Source: Alphaproteobacteria bacterium
GTDB lineage: Bacteria > Pseudomonadota > Alphaproteobacteria > JBKEAR01
Length of the DNA stretch: 64,000 nt
Reading direction: 5' to 3'
Assembly: GCA_047972425.1 (NCBI GenBank)
Contig: JBKEAR010000039.1
Location: 20,127 to 84,126 of the forward strand
Position numbers and translations under genes: made by a program. Position 1 is the first letter of the stretch. Every line of letters starts with the position of its first letter. This document shows positions 31,701 to 42,237 of this stretch, piece after piece. Below the pieces are notes generated by a model. The model was not told the DNA's origin, did not search any database, and saw only the letters and a program-made list of their open reading frames with translations.

Positions 31701-32242
31701 GGGAAAATATCTAATATGCCCCCTCTTACAGCAAATTCGCCTGCCTCGCGCACTGTTGATGTACGGGTATATCCTAAGGTTGAAAGTAGCTTAGTGAGCT
31801 GCTCGAGTGGGATTGTAGAGCCAATTTTTAACGTTTGCCCGGTGGATTGAATATAAGCTTTGGGTAATGTGCGTTGGGTAATAGCATTAATTGTTGTGAG
31901 AATAATACAATTATCTTTGATGCGATTTTGGGCAAGCTTATGTAATGTTTTTAAGCGTAATGACTGAATATGGCTTGCCGGAGAGCTGCGCGAGTAAGGA
32001 ATAACATCCCATGCGGGAAACTCTAAAATCTCACAATCTTTATTTATGGCAATCAGATAATCTTTAACAAGTGCTAAATGTTTATCGTCCCTTGCCACAA
32101 ATACACAAGAGCTTTTTTGTAACATTTGCTTGATGATAAATGATTCGGCACCTTCGGTTACACCACCAATAGAAAATGTACCATTATCTGCCGCAGATAA
32201 TGTTTGGAGCCATTCATTGGCTAACGGATTATATATCTCCAC
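28760..32242 (-). CDS. mfd: Transcription-repair coupling factor Mfd
   Basis: 1160 aa; UvrB-homology N-terminus; RNAP-interacting CarD-like domain; SF2 translocase motifs ([13 protein letters not shown]). Confidence 0.9.
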   Translation of the reverse strand: MEIYNPLANEWLQTLSAADNGTFSIGGVTEGAESFIIKQMLQKSSCVFVARDDKHLALVKDYLIAINKDCEILEFPAWDVIPYSRSSPASHIQSLRLKTLHKLAQNRIKDNCIILTTINAITQRTLPKAYIQSTGQTLKIGSTIPLEQLTKLLSTLGYTRTSTVREAGEFAVRGGILDIFPAGETSGYRIDFFGDDIDDIRLFDPSTQRSNKHVKTLTLIPATEILLSEESIELFRKNYRNLAGTIEKSDILYQSISNGVAWPAMEHWLPLFYKKLDNLLDYCPNLPVIIAYQFEELQKNRLETIHDYYQARQSQKDEKNIDERYVPVPPESFFENTETWWEILKSKKVLQLSPFVEEGNLFHLNSKIVPRYYEIAPTHLPIGERIQNWINQQNLKHIVTFSKNPNAQNRLIRLLKDTHGPQTSVIETLSDAAQYGSSTMAIIRGRISRGLIINNIAFISDDDILGKTYGTARRSSQRAEDVILQASALNEGDFIVHIEHGVGQYEGLETVTALGAPHDCLKLLYSGGDRLYVPVENLELLSRYGGDNKSVALDKLGGVAWQARRAKAKERITEMAGELMKVAAQRAIKQGIVMDVQEGAYEEFCSNFGYRETDDQYNAINDVLKDLTSGKVADRLICGDVGFGKTEVALRAAFITAMSGYQVAIIVPTTLLAKQHYQNFVKRFEGFPVKIAQLSRLITAKNAKEIKENVKQGKIDILIGTHALLSKDVEFDRLGLVVVDEEQHFGVAHKEKLKQLRNNVHVLTLTATPIPRTLQMALTGVRDLSIIATPPVDRLAIRTFIQAYDSVTIREAILKEKYRGGQSFFVCPRLKDVRRMEEKLKTLLPEIKIGIAHGQMPARALEETIAAFIDGEFDVLLSTQIVESGIDMPNVNTIIIYRADMFGLSQLYQLRGRVGRGDIRAWAWLVTEPHRYINKTALQRLEVMQTLDNLGAGFSVASHDLDQRGAGNLLGDEQSGHIKEVGIELYQKMLEEAVADAKIQKATDKESEERQLWSTRINMGLAIMIPTDYVPDLDLRMNLYRRIANVNDAAQLEDIATELQDRFGQLPDEVENLLTISAIKIQCKYLGIEQLDVGPKAIVIKFYNDIFKNPVALINYIQQHGQTTKIRADQSVVFSQNLTDKTQKLDAVNNILDCLKNMLK

Positions 32243-32489
32243 GCTCGGCCTTTATCCATTGCCAAATGATATTGTCATATTCGGGCTCTATAGGTTTTTT
32301 CTCGGTTATCCACCACCAAACTTTGGCATCATCAGCATCTAAAAAATGCTCAAGCATATCCATTTCCTCGGTACTCATTGTGGCTAAATGTTTATCGGCA
32401 GTTGTACCAATTAAAATATCTAGCTCACGCATGCCCCTATGCCATGCATGCCATCGTAATTTTTTTTGGCGGTCAGATAAATTATCCAT
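32229..32489 (-). CDS. sdhE: FAD assembly factor SdhE (YgfY/DUF339)
   Basis: 86 aa; RGxxE motif (WHRGMRELD); overlaps the mfd start by 14 nt. Confidence 0.75.
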   Translation of the reverse strand: MDNLSDRQKKLRWHAWHRGMRELDILIGTTADKHLATMSTEEMDMLEHFLDADDAKVWWWITEKKPIEPEYDNIIWQWIKAERGDI

Positions 32490-32566
32490 TAGCTTTTGTC
32501 TCTCATTTGTTGTTTTGTTTTTTTTACGGTATAAAGAATATAGAAAAAAAATGTGTTAGGAGCAAT

Positions 32567-34651
32567 ATGCGCCCGCAAATATTATACCCTTTATTTACAC
32601 CAATTGAAAATTTACAAGGTGTGGGCTCGGCTTTAGGTAAAAAGCTCGAGAAGATTCATATTACGCGGATTATCGATTTATTATGGCATTTACCCGTAAA
32701 AATACAAGACCGCCGTTATATGCCCAAAATTGCCGATGCCCAAAGCGGGAATATTGCAACCATAAAAATACGCATAGATGGTATCGAAAAGCCCAGTAAT
32801 CCGCGCCAACCTTGGCGAATTGGTGCTTCGGACGGTACGGGGCAAATGGTAATTTCTTATTTTCGCGCATCGGAAAGTTGGATTAATAAAACTTTTCCTA
32901 TTGGTGAGATTCGTGTGGTATCTGGCACATTAGATTATTGGCATGGAACATTGCAAATGAGCCATCCTGATTATATTGGTTCGTTTGATGACATTGCCCA
33001 TATCGCCCGTATTCAGCCTGTTTGGCCGCTAACTGCAGGGGTAACCAATAAATTGATGGGGCGCTTGGTTACGCAATCCTTAGAAAGATTAGCCGATTTA
33101 GAAGAATGGCAGGATGTCCATTGGCTTAACAAACAATCTTGGCCGGGTTTTAAAGAATGTTTGTTGGGGTTACATAATCCCGAATCTGCGGAGTTTTTAA
33201 AGTTAAGCCATCCCTATCATCGCCGCTTGGCTTATGATGAAATTTTAGCTCACCAATTAGCACTTCGATTATTGCGCAAATATATCAAAGCGCAAAATGG
33301 TGTTGCAATTAAAGGTAATGGCGAAATGGTCAAAGCCATATTAAAACAACTCCCTTTTGAGCTGACCGAAGCCCAAAAAAGATCGCTGAGGGAAGTTTTA
33401 ACGGATATGCGTGAGCCTTCGAAAATGATACGGCTTATCCAAGGTGATGTTGGCTCGGGGAAAACCATGGTGGCATTATTTGCAATGATAACAGCCAATG
33501 AGGCAGGTTTTCAGGCTTGTATGATGGCACCAACAGAAATTTTAGCAAGGCAACATTATAAAACAATCTCCGACTTTGCCCAATATGCTGGTATAGAAAC
33601 GGTTTTACTTACGGGGCGAGAAAAAGGAAAAACCCGCGAAGCTATATTAGAAAAAATAGCGAATGGTGAAGCCCAGATTATTATTGGAACCCATGCTTTA
33701 ATCCAAGATGATGTGCAATATTATAATTTAGGCTTAGCGGTGATTGATGAACAACATCGGTTTGGGGTGCAGCAACGCGTAACCTTAACAAGTAAAGGCA
33801 AAGCGGTAGATTTGCTTGTAATGACCGCTACTCCCATACCGCGTTCTCTTATGTTAACCATGTGGGGCGATATGGAAAGCTCTAGGCTCGATGAAAAACC
33901 CCATGGTCGCAAACCTATAGAAACCCGGACCATATCGAATGAGCGCTTACATGATGTAACCGAGGCGATTGGCAGAGCCATGCAAAAGGGAGCGAAAATT
34001 TACTGGGTATGCCCGTTAGTGGAGGAATCTGAGCAATCCGATATGGCCGCAGCCGAAGATAGATACCATCAGCTCCAAGATTATTTTGGTACCGATAAAG
34101 TACATTTGGTTCATGGTAAAATGAAGGGTAAAGATAAAGATGCAGCAATGAATGCTTTTAAAGATGGCCCGCCAAGCATTTTGGTAGCGACCACAGTGAT
34201 TGAAGTTGGTGTTGATATACCCGAAGCCACAGTTATTGTAATTGAGCATGCCGAGCGCTTTGGTTTGGCACAGTTGCACCAATTACGTGGGCGTGTGGGG
34301 CGCGATACCACACAATCATCATGTTTGCTTGTTTATAGTCGGCCATTAAGTTATGTGGCTAAAGAGCGTTTGAAAATCATGAGAGATACCAATGATGGTT
34401 TTTTAATTGCCGAAAAAGATTTAGAGCTTAGAGGAGCCGGTGATATTTTAGGTACAAGGCAATCGGGGTTGCCTGAATTTAAATTTGTGGATTTAGATGC
34501 CCATAAAGATTTGTTATTGGCTGCAGCAGATGATGTAAATTTAATCTTAAATAAAGACCCCGAGCTTAAATCGGAACGTGGGCACGCATTAAGAAATTTG
34601 CTTTATTTATTTGAGCGCGATGCGGCGGCAAGCTTATTGTCATCGGGATAA
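32567..34651 (+). CDS. recG: ATP-dependent DNA helicase RecG
   Basis: Wedge domain plus SF2 motifs (GDVGSGKT, DEQH). Start moved to ATG 32567 with AGGAG 4 nt upstream; the 63-aa extension in the track is discarded. Confidence 0.9.
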   Translation: MRPQILYPLFTPIENLQGVGSALGKKLEKIHITRIIDLLWHLPVKIQDRRYMPKIADAQSGNIATIKIRIDGIEKPSNPRQPWRIGASDGTGQMVISYFRASESWINKTFPIGEIRVVSGTLDYWHGTLQMSHPDYIGSFDDIAHIARIQPVWPLTAGVTNKLMGRLVTQSLERLADLEEWQDVHWLNKQSWPGFKECLLGLHNPESAEFLKLSHPYHRRLAYDEILAHQLALRLLRKYIKAQNGVAIKGNGEMVKAILKQLPFELTEAQKRSLREVLTDMREPSKMIRLIQGDVGSGKTMVALFAMITANEAGFQACMMAPTEILARQHYKTISDFAQYAGIETVLLTGREKGKTREAILEKIANGEAQIIIGTHALIQDDVQYYNLGLAVIDEQHRFGVQQRVTLTSKGKAVDLLVMTATPIPRSLMLTMWGDMESSRLDEKPHGRKPIETRTISNERLHDVTEAIGRAMQKGAKIYWVCPLVEESEQSDMAAAEDRYHQLQDYFGTDKVHLVHGKMKGKDKDAAMNAFKDGPPSILVATTVIEVGVDIPEATVIVIEHAERFGLAQLHQLRGRVGRDTTQSSCLLVYSRPLSYVAKERLKIMRDTNDGFLIAEKDLELRGAGDILGTRQSGLPEFKFVDLDAHKDLLLAAADDVNLILNKDPELKSERGHALRNLLYLFERDAAASLLSSG

Positions 34652-34686
34652 AATAAAAAAAGCGGTAATTTACTTACCGCTTTTTA
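34652..34686. terminator. Bidirectional rho-independent terminator (recG / tRNA-Pro)
   Basis: A-run, hairpin AGCGGTAA-ttta-CTTACCGCT, then T5. Confidence 0.55.
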
Positions 34687-34688
34687 AA

Positions 34689-34766
34689 TGGTCGGAACGG
34701 CGGGATTTGAACCCACGACCCCTACACCCCCAGTATAGTGCGCTACCAGACTGCGCTACGCTCCGA
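34689..34766 (-). tRNA. tRNA-Pro (anticodon GGG)
   Basis: Reverse complement folds as a cloverleaf: 7-bp acceptor stem, D-loop AGTCTGGTA, anticodon loop CUGGGGG, T-loop GGTTCAAATCC, encoded CCA. Confidence 0.85.
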
Positions 34767-34812
34767 ATAGGGTTTTCTTATATAAGAAGAGCAAAAATAT
34801 TGCAATAATTTT

Positions 34813-35292
34813 TTATTTATTTGGCAAAGAAATTTTCTCATTTTGTAATAAAATATGAATATTGACAAGCTCATCCATAATTTCGCGTAAGACTAATTTC
34901 TGTTTTGCCGGCAGATTAACCATATTCTCATCAACCTCTAACGGCAAAATAGCCTGATTTTCGTCCTCTGCATCATCAAATAAATCAAATGTGGCTTGGT
35001 CAGTATCTTTTAACCAAGATTTCACTAAATTTTGCCGGCTTGTTTCGCGAATGAGCTTTTGGGCACCCCGAATACTCAAGCCTTCATCTTTAAGTAAAAT
35101 TTTAATAATCTGCAGTAGTTCAACATCATCTTTACGATAATAACGTCGCCCACCTGCACGCCGAACTGGTGTAATCCATGGGAAGCGTTGTTCCCAGTAA
35201 CGAATAACGTGAGCCTCGACCTGCAATAGATCGGAGACCTCACGAATATTCTTTAAAGCGTTTGCTGATTTTTTTGCCGAAAGTACGGCCAT
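34813..35292 (-). CDS. MerR-family transcriptional regulator
   Basis: N-terminal MerR HTH ([19 protein letters not shown]); conserved ihfA-merR pairing. Confidence 0.7.
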   Translation of the reverse strand: MAVLSAKKSANALKNIREVSDLLQVEAHVIRYWEQRFPWITPVRRAGGRRYYRKDDVELLQIIKILLKDEGLSIRGAQKLIRETSRQNLVKSWLKDTDQATFDLFDDAEDENQAILPLEVDENMVNLPAKQKLVLREIMDELVNIHILLQNEKISLPNK

Positions 35293-35309
35293 AGATCTAC
35301 CTTTGACGT

Positions 35310-35597
35310 TTAATTGTTAATACGTTTTTTAAGTAGTTGCGATGGTTTAAAAACGGCAACGGTACGTTCACTAATCGGAACTTCAATCCCTGTTTTAGGG
35401 TTCCGCCCTGTACGTTCTTTCTTTTGACGAACAGAAAAACGACCAAAAGATGAAATTTTTACAGTTTCGCCTTTGGCTAATGTATCGGTTATTTCATCCA
35501 AAATCATTTGTAGCACATCGGCTGATTCTCTTTTACTTAAGCCAACCTCGCGATAAATAGAATCAACAATATCAGCACGTGTTAGAGTATTAGACAT
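35310..35597 (-). CDS. ihfA: Integration host factor subunit alpha
   Basis: 95 aa HU/IHF fold (..GRNPKTG..). Start ATG 35597 with GGAAGGAAAGG RBS; the 7-aa extension in the track is discarded. Confidence 0.85.
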   Translation of the reverse strand: MSNTLTRADIVDSIYREVGLSKRESADVLQMILDEITDTLAKGETVKISSFGRFSVRQKKERTGRNPKTGIEVPISERTVAVFKPSQLLKKRINN

Positions 35598-35730
35598 TAT
35601 AGAGCCTTTCCTTCCCAATATGTTTAATGTTAATTTTAATTTAAAACTGACTCTCTACTATTACTTATATTCTTTTCATCGGTCAACTAACTATAGCAAT
35701 TTCGTACATTTTTGACCTAAAAATACGAAA

Positions 35731-36705
35731 TTATAGGCGAACCAAAGCTGCAGCCCATGTCATTCCGCCACCTGCGGCCTCCATTAAAATAGTTTGCCCC
35801 GGCTCGATTCGACCCGATTGCACCGCTTCATCGAGTGCAAGTGGAATAGAAGCGGCAGATGTATTGGCATGTTTATCAATGGTGATAATCACATTATCCT
35901 CACCCAAATTTAACTTGCGCGCCATTGACATAATAATCCGTTTATTTGCCTGATGCGGCACAAGCCAATCAATATCTGCCTTTTCCATATCATTTGCTTT
36001 TAGAGCCTCTGATACAACGGCAGAAAGCGAATTAACAGCAACCTTATAAACCTCGGGGCCATCCATATATAATTTACCTTCTTGACCAAGCGAAGGCCCG
36101 CCTTGAACCTTTAATATATCATAATGTTTACCATTAGAATGTAAATGTGTACTTAAAATACCCGGGTTGTTATTTTTTTTTGGGTTATTATTGGTGGCTT
36201 CTAAAACAACAGCACCCGCACCATCACCAAATAATACACAGGTTGCTCGGTCATTAAAATCTAAAATTCTGCTCATTGTTTCGGCACCAACCAATAAAAT
36301 ACGTTTGGCAAGATGATTTTTAATCATACTATCGGCTACCGATAAACCATAAACAAAACCACTACATACAGCCTGTATATCAAATGTAGGAATATTTTCG
36401 TTAATTTTCAATAGTAAATGTAATTTTGCAGCCGTTGAAGGGAAAGTATTATCCGGTGTGGTTGTTGCCACAATAATCATATCAATATCTTCGGCATCTA
36501 CTTGTGCGCTTTTCAATGCTTTAATGGCGGCATTATAGGCTAGCTCCGATGTTAATTGACCATCAGCAGCAAAGCGCCGTTCTTTAATCCCTGTACGTGA
36601 AGAAATCCATTCATCAGACGTATCAACAAATTTAGCCATATCGTCATTGGTTACAATTTTTTCGGGTAAGTAGCTACCAGTCCCGATTATTTTTGAAAAA
36701 ACCAT
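35731..36705 (-). CDS. fabH: 3-oxoacyl-ACP synthase III FabH
   Basis: 324 aa; Cys-His-Asn triad context (AVCSGF, HQAN, NTSAAS). Confidence 0.9.
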   Translation of the reverse strand: MVFSKIIGTGSYLPEKIVTNDDMAKFVDTSDEWISSRTGIKERRFAADGQLTSELAYNAAIKALKSAQVDAEDIDMIIVATTTPDNTFPSTAAKLHLLLKINENIPTFDIQAVCSGFVYGLSVADSMIKNHLAKRILLVGAETMSRILDFNDRATCVLFGDGAGAVVLEATNNNPKKNNNPGILSTHLHSNGKHYDILKVQGGPSLGQEGKLYMDGPEVYKVAVNSLSAVVSEALKANDMEKADIDWLVPHQANKRIIMSMARKLNLGEDNVIITIDKHANTSAASIPLALDEAVQSGRIEPGQTILMEAAGGGMTWAAALVRL

Positions 36706-37745
36706 TAAAACCCCTCTTCTTCAATCCAATAATCGGCTTGGTGACTTTCTAAATGTGCTTTCATTTTTGGCAAAAGATCTTTTTTAGTGGTTGAATATGC
36801 ATTTTTAATTGCATTATAAAAACCAAACTCATCAGTACCACCATGAGATTTTACACAAACACCGTTAAGCCCTAATAACCATGCACCATTATATCGGCGC
36901 GGATCAACCCTTTTATAGGCTTTACGTAAGGCCTTTTGCGCAATAAACAAACCAATTTTAGCTAAAATGGAATGTTTAATCTCGTCAGCAATAATTTTTT
37001 TACTGGCTTTTAATGTGCCTTCAATACTTTTTAGCGAAACATTGCCTGTAAAGCCATCGGTAATAACAACATCAACTGTGCCGTTAGCAATATCGTCACC
37101 CTCAACAAAGCCAACATAATTGATACCTAAGCTATCTTTTTGTAAAATTTTATGGGCATCTTGGATAAGCTTATTGCCTTTACCGCTTTCTGCACCAATG
37201 TTTAATAACCCGATACGTGGGCTTTTAACGTCCATTACGGCTTCGGCATACACATGCCCCATACTGGCAAATTCAACTAAGTTACGGGCACTAGATTCGG
37301 CATTAGCGCCCAAATCAAGCATTAAACAATCGCGCTCATAAGCCGACATAACCGCAGCAATTGCTGGGCGGTCAATACCCGGGAGCATACGTAAACCAAA
37401 CAAACCTAAAGCCATTAATGCGCCTGTATTTCCGGCCGAGACCACACAATCTGCTTGGCCATCTTTAACAGCTTTAATTGCTAAACCCATCGATGAATTA
37501 CGCCCCTTTCGAAGCGCCACCGATGGTTTCATTTCATTGGTTATTTTATCTTCGGTATGATGAATTTCAATGCGACTTTCATCGATTTGAGCTTTTTTTA
37601 TTAATGGTATCAGCTCTTCTTTGTTACCAAAAAAAATAAGCTTAATATCATCAATTTCTTTAAGGGCAATTTGTGCACCATATACAACGAGGGCGGGTGC
37701 ATTATCCCCGCCCATTGCATCTAAAGCTAGTGTAATCATTGTCAC
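36705..37745 (-). CDS. plsX: Phosphate acyltransferase PlsX
   Basis: ITLALDAMGGDNAP N-terminus; overlaps fabH by 1 nt. Confidence 0.9.
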   Translation of the reverse strand: MTMITLALDAMGGDNAPALVVYGAQIALKEIDDIKLIFFGNKEELIPLIKKAQIDESRIEIHHTEDKITNEMKPSVALRKGRNSSMGLAIKAVKDGQADCVVSAGNTGALMALGLFGLRMLPGIDRPAIAAVMSAYERDCLMLDLGANAESSARNLVEFASMGHVYAEAVMDVKSPRIGLLNIGAESGKGNKLIQDAHKILQKDSLGINYVGFVEGDDIANGTVDVVITDGFTGNVSLKSIEGTLKASKKIIADEIKHSILAKIGLFIAQKALRKAYKRVDPRRYNGAWLLGLNGVCVKSHGGTDEFGFYNAIKNAYSTTKKDLLPKMKAHLESHQADYWIEEEGF

Positions 37746-37785
37746 TCACTAAATTTAAGTTTACTTCGCAAAAGATGCTCTAAAG

Positions 37786-37971
37786 TTAAAGAGAACCTTT
37801 TCCTTCAATAACCTGACGACCACGATATAAACCTGTTTTAAGGTCAATATGATGTGGGCGGTGAATTTCACCAGTTTCTTTATCTTCGCGTAATGTTACC
37901 GAATTTAAAGCATCATGTGCACGGCGCATATTGCGACGAGACTTTGTTACTTTCTTTTTAGGAACAGCCAT
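37786..37971 (-). CDS. rpmF: 50S ribosomal protein L32
   Basis: [19 protein letters not shown]. Confidence 0.9.
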   Translation of the reverse strand: MAVPKKKVTKSRRNMRRAHDALNSVTLREDKETGEIHRPHHIDLKTGLYRGRQVIEGKGSL

Positions 37972-38065
37972 GGGTCGTTACCTCATAATCTATATTATTT
38001 AAACAAAATTGAACGTATCTTCTATCTTAAACTTGACGGTAGTGCAAGTAAAATCGTTAAAAATA

Positions 38066-38620
38066 TTATTTTTTTAACTTCAAATCTTTAAGAATAGCAA
38101 AAGGATTATCTGTCTTTACCTCATCTTCTTTAATATTAAAGGTTGTTTCAACCGAGTTACTTTCATCAAATGATACCCCTTTTTTACGTGGATATGGGTT
38201 TTTATTAATCAATATTTCCTCTAAAATGATTTCACCTAAGTTAATATTTTTACCATCCCATAGCTCTTGTTCATCATCTAAATTTTCCCAATCTTCTTCA
38301 TTTAAAGAGTCAGGCAATATAATATTATCGGTTAAGTGACGCTCAAATATAATATTTAGATTTTCGCTTATATCCTCTAATGAAATAATACAAGATTGCA
38401 CCAAATTTGTGTTGATTTTACCTTTGACTACCGCCTTTTGCGCATGATTACGCTGAACCGTGATTTTTGCCGATAATTTTTTTATAGCAACAATATTCAA
38501 CCAATTGGCCACTTGGGAATATTGCGATGGTTCTAACGCAAATTCAAATATCTTGGGTTGTTTATCATTTGGGGCAATATTGATTTGCCAATTAATGGGT
38601 AATTTTTGTTCCATTTTCAC
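38066..38620 (-). CDS. yceD: YceD/DUF177 family protein
   Basis: Conserved position upstream of rpmF-plsX-fabH; acidic; C-terminal region present. Confidence 0.65.
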   Translation of the reverse strand: MKMEQKLPINWQINIAPNDKQPKIFEFALEPSQYSQVANWLNIVAIKKLSAKITVQRNHAQKAVVKGKINTNLVQSCIISLEDISENLNIIFERHLTDNIILPDSLNEEDWENLDDEQELWDGKNINLGEIILEEILINKNPYPRKKGVSFDESNSVETTFNIKEDEVKTDNPFAILKDLKLKK

Positions 38621-38715
38621 CTTTGTTATGCCAAAATTAAATTATAGTTTACAAAAAATAAACATTTAGGCTATATTCTTTACATAAAGAGGCAGCTTAA
38701 GCTGCAATTTGTTGA

Positions 38716-38758
38716 CAGAATATATATAAATAGTATTCTGTTGCAATAATTATTGTAA
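38716..38758. promoter_or_regulatory. Paired inverted repeats in the yceD/bamE divergent promoter region
   Basis: CAGAATA-N11-TATTCTG overlapping a TTGACA hexamer; adjacent near-palindrome TTGCAATAATTATTGTAA. Confidence 0.25.
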
Positions 38759-38786
38759 TATTATTCTAAATCCTAAGGAGAATAAT

Positions 38787-39245
38787 GTGATTAAACGCAT
38801 AGCCCAAGCTAGTTTGGTTGTTGTGACATTGGTATCTTTATCTGGTTGCTTTACCGAAAGAGGTTTTAGTGGTCATATCGTCGAATCTAAAAATGTTGAT
38901 CTGATTAAAGTCGGAAAAACATCAAAAGCCGATGTTTATGATATTTTAGGTAGCCCCTCTTCTAAAGGTAGTTTCGATCGGGATATTTGGTATTATGTTG
39001 GCGATTATCGCTCACAAACGGCATTTATGGATCCTAAGGTGCAGAATCGGCAAGTTGTTGCTATTCATTTCAATAAAAATGAAGTTGTATCTGAAATTGA
39101 ACGCAAAACATTATCCGATGGCGAGAAAGTTAAAGTGGTCAATAGCAAAACGCAGTCTTATGGTACGCAAAAAGGTGTTTTAGAAGAATTGTTTGGCCAT
39201 GTGGGATTATCTCCGTTACCGCAAGATGGTGGTGAAATTCGCTAA
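38787..39245 (+). CDS. bamE: Outer-membrane assembly lipoprotein BamE (SmpA/OmlA)
   Basis: Lipobox LSGC; SmpA_OmlA fold motifs; GTG start 6 nt after AGGAG. Confidence 0.7.
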   Translation: MIKRIAQASLVVVTLVSLSGCFTERGFSGHIVESKNVDLIKVGKTSKADVYDILGSPSSKGSFDRDIWYYVGDYRSQTAFMDPKVQNRQVVAIHFNKNEVVSEIERKTLSDGEKVKVVNSKTQSYGTQKGVLEELFGHVGLSPLPQDGGEIR

Positions 39246-39269
39246 TTAATATAACCAGAAATATATTAT

Positions 39270-39300
39270 AAAAAAAACCTGCTTAATGCAGGTTTTTTTA
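39270..39300. terminator. Bidirectional terminator (bamE / msrA)
   Basis: A7-ACCTGC-ttaat-GCAGGT-T7. Confidence 0.6.
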
Positions 39301-39828
39301 TTCCCATATTCTTTTAAGCCCAAATTTACGGCCAGAACCAATATAATAAGCTTCATAATGTTCGGGTTGTTTTTGATAGTAATCTTGGTGATAATCTTCG
39401 GCCGGATAAAAATTTGTAAAATTGAGTATTTTTGTTTGTATTTCGTTGGTTCTAAACTTGCTTTGCATCTTAGCTAAACTTTCCTCTGCCAATCTACGCT
39501 GATCATCATCATGCACATAAATTGCCGATGTATACTGAAAGCCCTTATCGGCAAATTGTCCAATGGCATCAAATGGGTCAATATTTTGCCAAAATATATC
39601 CAATAAAGTCCGATAATCTACAATATTAGCATCATAAATTACCTGAATAACCTCTCTATGGCCAGTCGTTCCGCTGCAAATTTGCTCATAAGTTGGGGAT
39701 AAAACATGGCCACCGGCGTATCCGGCAGTTACTGAACGGACACCAGTGGCTTTAAATGGCTTAACCATGCACCAAAAACAGCCCCCGGCAAATGTTGCGG
39801 TTTCTAATTTTTGTTCTTTTTTGCTCAT
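39298..39828 (-). CDS. msrA: Peptide-methionine (S)-S-oxide reductase MsrA
   Basis: GGCFWC active-site motif. Confidence 0.9.
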   Translation of the reverse strand: MSKKEQKLETATFAGGCFWCMVKPFKATGVRSVTAGYAGGHVLSPTYEQICSGTTGHREVIQVIYDANIVDYRTLLDIFWQNIDPFDAIGQFADKGFQYTSAIYVHDDDQRRLAEESLAKMQSKFRTNEIQTKILNFTNFYPAEDYHQDYYQKQPEHYEAYYIGSGRKFGLKRIWE

Positions 39829-39837
39829 ATCATGCCC

Positions 39838-40239
39838 CTATTCATCTTTGGGAACAAACTGTAAAGCAATACCATTATTGCAATAGCGTAAGCCTGTTGG
39901 CTCGGGGCCATCGGTAAATACATGGCCTTGGTGGCTACCACATTGGGCACAATGATATTCTACGCGTGGCATTGCGAGTTTGTGGTCAATATGTGTTTCA
40001 ATATTATTGGGGTCAATTGGCTGAAAGAAAGATGGCCAACCGCTCCCGCTATCATATTTGGCGATACTCTCAAATAAGGGTAAACCGCAAGCGGCGCAAG
40101 TAAATATCCCCTCACGCTTTTCCCCATTAAGTGGGCTGGTAAAGGCATGCTCTGTACCTTGATTACGCATGACGTCAAATTGTTTTTCGGTTAAAATTTC
40201 TTTCCATTCATTTTGAGACTTCTTTATTTTATGAGCCAT
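39838..40239 (-). CDS. msrB: Peptide-methionine (R)-S-oxide reductase MsrB
   Basis: SelR domain with 2x CxxC zinc site and RYCxN catalytic motif. Start ATG 40239 with GGAGA RBS. Confidence 0.9.
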   Translation of the reverse strand: MAHKIKKSQNEWKEILTEKQFDVMRNQGTEHAFTSPLNGEKREGIFTCAACGLPLFESIAKYDSGSGWPSFFQPIDPNNIETHIDHKLAMPRVEYHCAQCGSHQGHVFTDGPEPTGLRYCNNGIALQFVPKDE

Positions 40240-40350
40240 CATTATTCTCCATATTATACGCATAAGATATAATCTGATTGTCGTAGATATCAAGATACAA
40301 AAAGAGCAGGTAAAACCTGCTCTTTATATTAAAAAAGAAAGATACGTCAA

Positions 40351-41643
40351 TTATTCATAAATAGGAAATTGCGCACATAGAGCCTTAATTTTTTCTTTTG
40401 CAGCTTGTTCGGCTACGCTATTATCGTCTTCGTTTTTTGCTAAAGATTCAAGAACATCGGCGATGAGGTTGCCAATTAAGATAAACTCTTTTTCTTTAAA
40501 ACCACGTGTTGTTCCCGCCGGTGTTCCTAAGCGAATACCCGAGGTTACAAATGGCGATGTTGGGTCAAACGGAATGGTGTTTTTGTTACAAGTCATCCCT
40601 GCTTTGTCTAAAGATTTTTCAGCAATTTTTCCCGTTACGCCATAAGGGCGAAGATCAACAAGTAATAAGTGATTATCCGTTCCGCCCGAAACAATCTCTA
40701 AACCGCGTGTAGAAAGTGTATCGGCTAATGCACGGGCATTTTTAACCACTTGGTGCGCCCAATCTTTAAATTCGGGTGCTAAGGCATCTTTAAATGCAAC
40801 GGCTTTGGCTGCAATAACATGCATTAAAGGCCCGCCTTGTAAGCCGGGGAATACAGCCATGCGGATTTTATTGGCAATCTCTTCGTTATTGGTGAGTATC
40901 ATACCACCACGGGGGCCACGGAGGGTTTTATGGGTTGTTGTGGTTACAATATCGGCAATTTCAACGGGGTTTGGGTGTGCACCACCGGCAACTAACCCGG
41001 CAAAATGCGCCATATCTACCATTAAATAAGCCCCAACTTTATCGGCAATCGCTCTAAATTTTTCAAATTCAATCACACGGGGATAAGCTGTTGAGCCTGC
41101 AATAATCAGTTTGGGTTGGTGCTGAACGGCCAAAGCTTCTAATTCATCAAAATCAATGCGTGCATCTTGGCGGCGAACACCATAAGGTACAACATTAAAC
41201 CATTTACCCGACTGATTAACCGGTGAACCATGAGTTAAATGCCCGCCCGCAGTAAGCTCCATACCCATGTAAGTATCGCCTGTATTTAATAAGGCCATAA
41301 AAGCTGCTTGGTTCGCTTGTGAGCCAGAATGCGGCTGTACATTCACATATTTAGCTCCAAAAATTTGTTTGGCACGCTCAATCGCTAGTTCTTCAGCAAT
41401 ATCCACAACTTCGCAACCGCCGTAATAGCGTTTGCCCGGATAACCTTCGGCATATTTATTGGTTAAAACTGAGCCTTGGGCTTCGATAACAGCTTCGGAA
41501 ACAATATTTTCCGATGCAATAAGCTCTACCTGCTCTTGCTGGCGATTTTTCTCTTGCTCTAATACTTTAGCAATATCCGGATCACGGCTTTCTAAGCTTT
41601 GCGTAAAGTATTTTTTTGTATATTCATTAGGGTATGTAGTCAT
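40351..41643 (-). CDS. glyA: Serine hydroxymethyltransferase GlyA
   Basis: 430 aa; PLP Lys in [14 protein letters not shown]. Confidence 0.95.
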   Translation of the reverse strand: MTTYPNEYTKKYFTQSLESRDPDIAKVLEQEKNRQQEQVELIASENIVSEAVIEAQGSVLTNKYAEGYPGKRYYGGCEVVDIAEELAIERAKQIFGAKYVNVQPHSGSQANQAAFMALLNTGDTYMGMELTAGGHLTHGSPVNQSGKWFNVVPYGVRRQDARIDFDELEALAVQHQPKLIIAGSTAYPRVIEFEKFRAIADKVGAYLMVDMAHFAGLVAGGAHPNPVEIADIVTTTTHKTLRGPRGGMILTNNEEIANKIRMAVFPGLQGGPLMHVIAAKAVAFKDALAPEFKDWAHQVVKNARALADTLSTRGLEIVSGGTDNHLLLVDLRPYGVTGKIAEKSLDKAGMTCNKNTIPFDPTSPFVTSGIRLGTPAGTTRGFKEKEFILIGNLIADVLESLAKNEDDNSVAEQAAKEKIKALCAQFPIYE

Positions 41644-41684
41644 TTGTATCCTCTTTTGAGATTGATTGGTTTATAAGATTTTCC

Positions 41685-42140
41685 TTATAAATCATTTATT
41701 TTTGCAACACGGCGCTCGTGGCGGCCGCCGCTTTCGAAAGCGGTATTTAAAAAGGCTTTTAATGCATGCCATGCGGCATCGGGGCCAATAGTGCGCCCGC
41801 CAAACACAATAACATTGGCATTATTATGTAGCCGTGTAATTTCGGCCTCATAAGTGGTATGTACTAATGCTGCACGTATCCAAGGGTGGCGATTAGCCGC
41901 AATAGAAATGCCGATGCCTGTACCGCATAAAAGTAAACCAAAAGCGGTTTTGTCGGATTTTATGGCTTGGGCAACTTCTTTGGCTTTATCCGGATAATCA
42001 ACAGATTGGTTATCATTAACGCCAAAATCGGTAATTTCTAAATTGGGATATTCTTCTTGCATCTTTTGATGAAGAAAATTTTTTAATTCATACGCACCTT
42101 GGTCGCATGCAATATAGATTTTATGTGTTTGTAATGTCAT
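41685..42140 (-). CDS. rpiB: Ribose-5-phosphate isomerase B
   Basis: RpiB/LacAB family (IYIACDQGAYELK, CGTGIGISIAANR). Confidence 0.85.
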   Translation of the reverse strand: MTLQTHKIYIACDQGAYELKNFLHQKMQEEYPNLEITDFGVNDNQSVDYPDKAKEVAQAIKSDKTAFGLLLCGTGIGISIAANRHPWIRAALVHTTYEAEITRLHNNANVIVFGGRTIGPDAAWHALKAFLNTAFESGGRHERRVAKINDL

Positions 42141-42237
42141 TATTTTGCCTTTTTGATTAAAATCTCTTTAAAAAAAGCGTATTGCGTTTTAAACTATAGG
42201 TCTTTGTGAGAAAAAGTAAATATTAATGGGTAGAAAA

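Noticed and set aside
34689-34766. tRNA-Pro as anchor of a genomic island
   Set aside because: Flanked on both sides by core genes (recG; merR-ihfA-fabH-plsX). No integrase and no repeat of the tRNA 3' end seen.
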